From an uncultured Ignavibacteriales bacterium (lineage in GTDB: Bacteria; Zixibacteria; MSB-5A5; GN15; FEB-12): DNA of 64,000 nt. Made by a program: the position numbers and the translations under genes. Numbering within the stretch: position 1 is the first letter of the stretch; every line of letters starts with the position of its first letter. Where the stretch lies: assembly GCA_964464605.1 (NCBI GenBank), contig CAYXJN010000007.1:1-64000 (forward strand). The letters run 5' to 3'. The notes under the pieces were generated by a model that had not been told where the DNA came from, ran no database searches, and worked only from the letters and a program-made list of their open reading frames with translations. Below are positions 57,415 through 64,000 of the stretch, one piece after another.

Positions 57415-58119
57415 ATGAACGCAAAGCCGGGAAAACTGTATTTGGTGCCGACCCCTATCGGCAATATGGAAGATATCACTCTGCGCGCCATTAACACGCT
57501 TAGGTCGGTCGATATTATCGCCTGCGAGGATACCCGCCACACCGGACAACTGCTGAAGAAACTCGATATTTCCAAAAAGCTGATCTCGTACCACAACTAC
57601 AACGAATCAAAACGATCGAATCTGATTATTGATAGTTTGCAGGATGGTCAGGATGTCGCAGTCGTTACCGATGCCGGCTCTCCCGGTGTTTCCGACCCGG
57701 CATATCGCGTGGTGAAAGCGGCAATTGACAATAATCTGGAAGTTATCCCGCTTCCCGGCCCGACAGCATTGATAGCGGCAGTGACTGCTTCCGGTTTACC
57801 GACCGACCGGTTCTTCTTTGAAGGATTTTTACCGATCAAAAGCGGCAGCCGAAAAAACCGGATGAAAGAACTCGCCGAAATGCCGCACACACTGGTTTTT
57901 TACGAGTCACCGCATCGCATTGGCAAAACATTGGCTGACGCGCAGGAAACGCTGGGAAACCGCCCGGCCTGCCTCGCCCGTGAAATCAGCAAACTGCATG
58001 AAGAATTTGTTCGCGGGACAGTTGCTGAAATCATCGAAAAAACAAAAAACGGTGTAAAAGGTGAACTTGTGCTTATTATTGCCGGTTATGACAAAAAGCG
58101 AAACGATGACGACGAATAG
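57415..58119 (+). CDS. rsmI: 16S rRNA (cytidine1402-2'-O)-methyltransferase
   Basis: LYLVPTPIGNMEDITLRA, ACEDTR, DAGSPGVSDP, FEGFLP, YESPHR and REISKLHEE motifs. Confidence 0.96.
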   Translation: MNAKPGKLYLVPTPIGNMEDITLRAINTLRSVDIIACEDTRHTGQLLKKLDISKKLISYHNYNESKRSNLIIDSLQDGQDVAVVTDAGSPGVSDPAYRVVKAAIDNNLEVIPLPGPTALIAAVTASGLPTDRFFFEGFLPIKSGSRKNRMKELAEMPHTLVFYESPHRIGKTLADAQETLGNRPACLAREISKLHEEFVRGTVAEIIEKTKNGVKGELVLIIAGYDKKRNDDDE

Positions 58120-59023
58120 ATTCCCGAAACTCTACCCCTTCGACTGGCTGATTGTCGGCTATTCTGTGTTGATGATAGTCGTGCTGCTTTTGTTCGGCCG
58201 TCCGTTCGAATCATTTACCGATGAATTTGCCACCTATGTACTCACCGCCTTTGCGCCATTTGCTATTATCAAATTGACGCATAACCGGACATCGGTTATC
58301 GCCCGGGCGTTGCGTTGGTTGTACCCGGTTATTTTATTTACCCCCTTTTACCGGTTGACCGGATCGCAGATGTTTCTATTGTTCGACCACTTTTTCGATG
58401 CGCAGTTAGTTGCCTTTGAAACGGCATTGTTTGGCATCGAGCCGACATTGTACATCGACCAATTTTTACTGCACCCGATTTTTACCGATATCGTGACCTT
58501 TTGCTATATCTGCTACTATCCGATGATTCCGGTTTTTGTCTTTATGGTGTTTCGCTATGGAAAGCTCGATGTGCTGGCCGATGCAACCACTGCGATGTGC
58601 CTTATGTTTTTCACCTCGTACCTGCTGTTCTTTTTGTTCCCGATCGAAGGGCCGCGCTGGTTTCAGGTCCCGCACTATATTAACCAGGTACGTGGATTTG
58701 TTTTCCGACCCCTTGTTGAATTCATTCAGCATAAAGGAGCGGTTCACGGCGGCGGGATGCCCTCTTCGCATACCGGCGTAGCACTGGTCATTACCATGTA
58801 TACTTACCGTCTTAACAAGCAATGGGGATTGATACTTGCTGTCATCGTTACCGGTTTAGGCATAGGAGCATTATGGGGACGGTATCATTACATCAGTGAT
58901 ATTATCGTCGGTGCGGTAATCGGTGTACTCTCTGTTTATATCGCCGACAAATTTTTACGCAGTAAAGTAGAGACCATGAACACACGGCAAACGGATAGAT
59001 CGGCGGTCGCGCATGTGTCCTGA
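58106..59023 (+). CDS. PAP2-superfamily membrane protein (AUR1/PAP2_3-like)
   Basis: About eight TM helices; FPIEGPRW, MPSSH and GRYHYISD motifs. Confidence 0.8.
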   Translation: MTTNRFPKLYPFDWLIVGYSVLMIVVLLLFGRPFESFTDEFATYVLTAFAPFAIIKLTHNRTSVIARALRWLYPVILFTPFYRLTGSQMFLLFDHFFDAQLVAFETALFGIEPTLYIDQFLLHPIFTDIVTFCYICYYPMIPVFVFMVFRYGKLDVLADATTAMCLMFFTSYLLFFLFPIEGPRWFQVPHYINQVRGFVFRPLVEFIQHKGAVHGGGMPSSHTGVALVITMYTYRLNKQWGLILAVIVTGLGIGALWGRYHYISDIIVGAVIGVLSVYIADKFLRSKVETMNTRQTDRSAVAHVS

Positions 59024-59816
59024 GCTGTTTCATATCGGCCCTATTCCTATTCGCGGATACGGGGTCATGCTCGCCCTTTCTTTTTTGTTCGGTGTGCTTT
59101 ATTTGCGACATCGAGTACAGAAAGATAACAAACGGTTCGAGCCGTATCTTGCCTTATCCTATATCCTGATTTTCGGCGGTGTGATCGGCGCACGGCTGTT
59201 TTATGTGGTGACCCATCTTGACGAATTCCGCGGTAACTGGTCGGCAACGTTCAATCCGTTTGCATCGAGCGAATTCGGCATAGCCGGATTGAATTTATAC
59301 GGCGGCATATTGCTCGGTATCATCGGTTTATTTCTGTATTGCCGGTACAAGAAAATGCCCCTATGGGAAACGTTCGATTATTTCGCACCGGCAGTTGGCA
59401 TCGGAATTTTCTTTGGGCGTATTGGCTGCTTTTTAAACGGCTGCTGTTTCGGTACCCCGACTGAGATGCCCTGGGGAGTGGTGTTTCCTCCCGGTTCGAT
59501 TCCGGATGTTATTTTCCCCGGTGCGCATCTGCATCCGGCACAAATTTACAGTTCGCTCTACGGTCTCTTTTTATTTCTCGGTTTACACTGGTTATCCACC
59601 AGACAGCGATTCACCGGACAGGTTATTGCTGTATTGTTGATGGTAGAAGCGGCATTTCGATTCGGCTTGGAATATGTGCGGTATTATGAAACTGAGATGT
59701 GGATAACAATCGGCGGTATCACGCCTACTTATAATCAACTTATTTCGATCACTCTGTTTGTGTTCGGTCTCGCTGTTCACCTTTTGCAATCCCGCAAAGA
59801 GAAAGCAACGCTTTAA
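59013..59816 (+). CDS. lgt: Prolipoprotein diacylglyceryl transferase
   Basis: IRGYG, IGARLFYV, LYGG, GRIGCFLNG, HPAQIY and RFGLEYVR motifs. Confidence 0.93.
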   Translation: MCPELFHIGPIPIRGYGVMLALSFLFGVLYLRHRVQKDNKRFEPYLALSYILIFGGVIGARLFYVVTHLDEFRGNWSATFNPFASSEFGIAGLNLYGGILLGIIGLFLYCRYKKMPLWETFDYFAPAVGIGIFFGRIGCFLNGCCFGTPTEMPWGVVFPPGSIPDVIFPGAHLHPAQIYSSLYGLFLFLGLHWLSTRQRFTGQVIAVLLMVEAAFRFGLEYVRYYETEMWITIGGITPTYNQLISITLFVFGLAVHLLQSRKEKATL

Positions 59817-59819
59817 CAG

Positions 59820-61403
59820 TTAGTGACCACCGCAGCGGGAATGTAAAACCCTTCCCTGACTGCCTGACGCCCACACTAAACTGGAATCGCGGGCCGTTAA
59901 ACCGAAGAAGACGGTGGCGTTGTTATCTGTCACAAACTGCCGTGTCCAGGTATCGCCGAAATCTTCGGTACCGTAAATGGCGCCGTTGTTCCCCACCGCC
60001 CAGCCATGCGCCAAATCAGAAAAGAAAATGCGCTTTAGCTGAAGCGGCGTAGCACCGGCAATATCGTTCGCCGTCCAGCTTGCGCCGCCGTTGATAGTCT
60101 CCCACACGTTGCCGTCATCTCCGACCACCCAGCCATGAAGCGGCGTATGAAAGAAAAGAGAGCGTAAATCGGCTGATGATACTCTAACGGTATCCCATAC
60201 CGCGCCGCCAGTATTGGTATAGAAAAACACACCGGTGCTTCCGCAGGCGAATCCGATATTGGCGGTAAGAAATTGTACAGCCGACATATCAATGGTCGTG
60301 TTTGTCGATTGTGGGTTCCAACTATCGCCACCATCATCACTGCGATAAACATGGCCGGCTTCACCGACACACCATCCGGTCGTGGCGGTGATAAAATCAA
60401 CTGCGTAAAGATCGATTGCGCTATCTAACACCTGATCATCCCATGATGATCCGCCGTTATTTGTTCTAAGCGCATTCCCACTGTCACCGACCACCCAGCC
60501 GTTTTGTGAATCATAAAAATCGATTCCGCTGAGACGGTAATTCCGGAAGAAATTACTATCCGTCCAGTTTTCCCCGCCATCCATAGTGAAATAAATATAC
60601 CCCGCCGAACCGGATGATCCGCTGCTGGTATGTGCTAACAAATAGCCGACGCTGTCAGAAACAAATTTCATGTCACCGAAATTGAGCGGAAAGGGAATTG
60701 ATTGTTGATACCACGGGTACACCGTCAAACTGCAGATAATGCTCTGTGGAGAGTTTAATACGCTATCAGATGAAACGTTCAACTCGCGAGCAAAAATGCC
60801 GGTCGGCAGCGTTGCGTCAGTAAAGTGTGTACGTACGCTTGCAGTAACAGGAGTTGAATTACTATCTAATTCCGCATCGAGCCAGCTCGTTTCTCCCGTT
60901 ACCGTCACCACAATGTTTCCGCCGCTGCCATCGGTGATCTCGGCCGTTTCAGTTTGGCTGGTATCTTTCAATTTTATGCCGGAAAATCGCAATACTACAG
61001 GGTTGACAACAAGCGATGAACCGATAGTCAGCGTAACGGTAATCGTTCCCATGTTCGCAACTCCGTCGGCATCGATGCTGATTACCCCGACATGCTCACC
61101 CCGTGCTAACCCTGATGAATTCGGTTGTATAAAAAGGGCGAAAGGTGTTAATGAATCCGATGCCGTTAAGGTAAGCCAGGGAGCATTGCTCGTGATAGTA
61201 TACCGTCGGTTCAATCCTCCTTCTACCATCACGCTATCTCTCAAGGTTTGCGTATCACCGTTGTACCAGGTGCTTAAACTCCATGAGCCGTCGCGGACGA
61301 TAAGCTTGGGAAGTTTTGGACCGGTGCTGTCGGAGGAACAGGAAAACAGGATAATTGATGCAATGCCAAGTAAAACAAGCGAGCCAATAGCTTTCAAACT
61401 CAT
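59820..61403 (-). CDS. Surface lipoprotein with BACON-like Ig domains and a YCF48/BNR-repeat beta-propeller
   Basis: Lipobox LFSC; SNAPWL and ETSWL BACON-like motifs; repeated GW-VG-G...T-DGG-W blades. Confidence 0.8.
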   Translation of the reverse strand: MSLKAIGSLVLLGIASIILFSCSSDSTGPKLPKLIVRDGSWSLSTWYNGDTQTLRDSVMVEGGLNRRYTITSNAPWLTLTASDSLTPFALFIQPNSSGLARGEHVGVISIDADGVANMGTITVTLTIGSSLVVNPVVLRFSGIKLKDTSQTETAEITDGSGGNIVVTVTGETSWLDAELDSNSTPVTASVRTHFTDATLPTGIFARELNVSSDSVLNSPQSIICSLTVYPWYQQSIPFPLNFGDMKFVSDSVGYLLAHTSSGSSGSAGYIYFTMDGGENWTDSNFFRNYRLSGIDFYDSQNGWVVGDSGNALRTNNGGSSWDDQVLDSAIDLYAVDFITATTGWCVGEAGHVYRSDDGGDSWNPQSTNTTIDMSAVQFLTANIGFACGSTGVFFYTNTGGAVWDTVRVSSADLRSLFFHTPLHGWVVGDDGNVWETINGGASWTANDIAGATPLQLKRIFFSDLAHGWAVGNNGAIYGTEDFGDTWTRQFVTDNNATVFFGLTARDSSLVWASGSQGRVLHSRCGGH

Positions 61404-61491
61404 ATATCCCTTTCCACTGAACCGGTCCGGCGTTCATGGTACGAGACGAAAAACGGTTCTTTTTTGTTCAGTGTCAAGGCAGGTCAAAAAC

Positions 61492-61521
61492 AAAAAAACC
61501 GGCAGGGTAACCTGCCGGTTT
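61492..61521 (-). terminator. Intrinsic terminator after the S8 protease gene
   Basis: Minus strand AAACCGGCAGG-TTAC-CCTGCCGG followed by TTTTTTT. Confidence 0.85.
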
Positions 61522-61542
61522 GTGAAAGCAAAAGTCTGCTCT

Positions 61543-64000
61543 CTATTTCATCAAAATCATCTTCTTCGTTTCAGTCAGACCGAACGCTTCCAGACGATAG
61601 AAATAGACACCACTTGAGACTTTGTTCCCGTCTGAAGAACGGCTGTCCCAAGTAATATGATGTTCGCCGGCTGCACGGACATCGTTGATCAACGTAACCA
61701 CACGTTCACCGAGAACGTTGTAGATAGTCAGATTGACCTGTCCGGTAGAACCGAGCGTGAAGGCGATTTCAGTCGTCGGGTTGAACGGATTCGGATAATT
61801 CTGCTTTAAGGCAAACTGGTTCGGCAGAATAACGGCATCAACCGGAGCAACTAAGTCAGGCTGGCTAATAGCAATTTCCCCGCCACCAATCTGGAATGTT
61901 CCGGACGTACTACCGACGCAGAAATTATCCCAGTTGGAATTCGAACGGGTAAAGCCGATACCGACTTGACCGCTTGGCGCGGTGCTAAAATTGTAGGAAC
62001 CCATCGACACACCGTTAACCTTGAAGGATGCGCTGCCGGTTGAGGTCTGATTGACAACTACCGTATACCACGTTGCAGTGGAGATGGCGGAGTTGACGGT
62101 CAAACGTACCGTATTGGTACCGCCGACACGTTCATAAATGCGCCAACGATCGTTCAGATCATCCCCTTCAACGAAACGGTAGTTATTTGCATCGATGTAA
62201 GAGAAAATAATGCGCGCGTTACGCTGCGTACGGCCGGTGTTCATGCGCACATCACACTGGATTGAAAGTGAAGTAAACGCACCAAACGGCGAAGTTCGCT
62301 TGGCATCATTGGTATTGGAATTACCGGTCACGATGCCGCTTGCTGCCGACCAGGTACCGGTGCTGTTAACCCAATTGGTGATATTGTTGTCATTGAAATC
62401 ATCACACGATGCCGGCGGCGGGGTGTTGACGGTAATATAGTTTGTTTTCACTTCGGCATCAGAACCGGCGGTGTTGGTCGCCGTTAAGGTCACAGTGTAG
62501 GTACCAGGGGTTGAATACACATGCGACGGATTCTGCGAAGTTGAGGTACCGAGATCACCAAAGTCCCAGCTCCATGAAGTCGGGCCGTTGGTTGATTGAT
62601 CGGTAAAGTTAACCGTCAGCGGAGCGTTGCCCGAAAGAGGTGAACCGACAAACTGCGCAACCGGTGCAACCGGCGGAGCGCCAGCATTGACCGCGGCGTT
62701 CGCATTCACGCGACCGGTACCCATTTTGCCAATATCACTCGCAGCAAGCGTGCCGTCGATATTGTCGGCTTTGGCTAACAAAGTATCACGAACCTGAGTG
62801 GCTGTCCAGGTCGGATGTTTCGACCAGACCAGCGCCGCAACACCGGCGGTAATCGGCGTCGCCATTGATGTACCACTGATCGCTGCAACATAATCGTTGG
62901 CAGCATCAGCATGATCATGATAATCAGAAAGAATGTTCGTCCCCGGCGCGGAAATATCGACCCAAGTACCGTACGAAGAGAAATTCGCACGACGACCAAG
63001 TGTATCTAAAGCGGCCACCGAAATAATATCGGTGCGGGCAGTCATATAATCAGTGGTCTGATTATTGGCATTGCCAGCCGCTTTGAAGATAAGGCCACCG
63101 TTAGCTAAGAAAGCATCAACCGCAGCGCCTAAACCGCCGCTATTGGAAGCACCCCAGCTACAGGAGGCGATTTTTGCGCCTTTAATGCGGGCATAGTTGA
63201 AGGCCTGTGCGGCAAAGTCCATACGGACAAAACCGACTTCCTGTCCGCCGGATGGGGCGGAATAACCGATACGAAGCGACATCACCCGTGCCCCATTGCC
63301 ACGAACCGGTAACGTTCCGCCGTTGAAACCGCCGGCAACTCCGGCAGTACCGAAACCATCATTAGTTAATCCAGCAACATTACCCGCGCAGTGAGTGCCG
63401 TGACCGTTAAAGTCACGCGGATCGTTATCGGCAGTTGAACAATCTTCACCTGACCAGCAACCGGTCACGCCGGTAACGAAATCCCAGCCTACCCAGTCAT
63501 CCGTAAAGCCGTTACCATCGTCGTCGACACCGGCTGTACCGTTTAATTCCTGCTGGTTAAGCCACAGATTACCGCGTGATGCAGTCGGGTTTGTCGACGA
63601 TGCATTCGCACCACCTAAATCTTTGTGATAATAGCGGACGCCGGAATCCATGAGCGCGACGACGACATTGGAATCACCGTCTTCTGAGTCCCACGCCTCG
63701 GGAGTATCGATATCCTGATCGTTCGCACGGCTATGATGCCACTGCTGGCTGAAGAAACCGTCATTCGGAACGGCGAAAACAGAGTGAATACCGATCGGTT
63801 CGACATGATCGACCAATGGGTTTTTCTCGTATGCGGCCATAGCGTCTTCAAGCGTTCCATTTTCAAATTTTACGGTATAGTAGCGGGCAAGCTCACCAGT
63901 CGCGGAGGCATACCCTTCAATCGTACCGACGAATTGCTTTTGTAAACGGGAAGTTGCAAATTGCTCGGAGATCGCATCGAATGAGGCATCGCCGATTTTA
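61543..64000 (-). CDS. Secreted S8 (subtilisin-like) serine protease with PKD domain, lectin-like domain and T9SS/FlgD-type C-terminal sorting domain; 5' end outside the window
   Basis: Catalytic motifs MDSG, HGTHCAG and GTSMATP; PKD motif WSWDFGD; CTD QNYPNPFNP...GVYFYRL...KKMILMK. The frame stays open from 63840 to the window end. Confidence 0.92.
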   Translation of the reverse strand, partial: KIGDASFDAISEQFATSRLQKQFVGTIEGYASATGELARYYTVKFENGTLEDAMAAYEKNPLVDHVEPIGIHSVFAVPNDGFFSQQWHHSRANDQDIDTPEAWDSEDGDSNVVVALMDSGVRYYHKDLGGANASSTNPTASRGNLWLNQQELNGTAGVDDDGNGFTDDWVGWDFVTGVTGCWSGEDCSTADNDPRDFNGHGTHCAGNVAGLTNDGFGTAGVAGGFNGGTLPVRGNGARVMSLRIGYSAPSGGQEVGFVRMDFAAQAFNYARIKGAKIASCSWGASNSGGLGAAVDAFLANGGLIFKAAGNANNQTTDYMTARTDIISVAALDTLGRRANFSSYGTWVDISAPGTNILSDYHDHADAANDYVAAISGTSMATPITAGVAALVWSKHPTWTATQVRDTLLAKADNIDGTLAASDIGKMGTGRVNANAAVNAGAPPVAPVAQFVGSPLSGNAPLTVNFTDQSTNGPTSWSWDFGDLGTSTSQNPSHVYSTPGTYTVTLTATNTAGSDAEVKTNYITVNTPPPASCDDFNDNNITNWVNSTGTWSAASGIVTGNSNTNDAKRTSPFGAFTSLSIQCDVRMNTGRTQRNARIIFSYIDANNYRFVEGDDLNDRWRIYERVGGTNTVRLTVNSAISTATWYTVVVNQTSTGSASFKVNGVSMGSYNFSTAPSGQVGIGFTRSNSNWDNFCVGSTSGTFQIGGGEIAISQPDLVAPVDAVILPNQFALKQNYPNPFNPTTEIAFTLGSTGQVNLTIYNVLGERVVTLINDVRAAGEHHITWDSRSSDGNKVSSGVYFYRLEAFGLTETKKMILMK

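Overview
Mostly core-chromosome DNA from a diderm bacterium. The T9SS/FlgD-type C-terminal sorting domain, DUF3078-like barrel and lipoprotein style suggest the FCB superphylum or a relative such as candidate Zixibacteria; this taxonomy is inference only. The window starts inside a tRNA-Gln(CTG) and ends inside a secreted S8 protease gene. Recognisable content: rpe, queG, a sigma-54-type PEP-CTERM gene, rocD, an ArsR regulator, accA-PTS IIA-mreCD-mrdA-rodA, a GT2/YfhO/polyprenol-P-mannose synthase/GT2 cluster, pyrR-pyrB-pyrC with a PyrR RNA element, a fused ECF ATPase, accC-gcvH-gcvPA-(3 inserted genes)-gcvPB, mscL, aspS-phoH-HD phosphodiesterase-ybeY-CNNM, split hldE (rfaE1/rfaE2), pepP-accB-pilT, uvrB, rplU-bamA-skp-lpxD, ssb and nadE-rsmI-PAP2-lgt. 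I saw no CRISPR array, transposase, integrase or prophage. Best leads: (1) D-(S/T)-hydrophobic sequons are strongly enriched in exported proteins but not cytoplasmic ones, alongside a candidate lipid-linked mannosylation cluster, suggesting a general protein O-glycosylation system; (2) the PyrR element hides the RBS of an unannotated 33-aa leader ORF that overlaps pyrR; (3) an ArsR operon whose only cargo is a 16-aa Cys-Cys peptide; (4) a cluster of covarying REP-like palindromes; (5) a stand-alone protease-propeptide-like lipoprotein; (6) several apparently leaderless genes. All product calls come from motif recognition by eye; no database searches were run.
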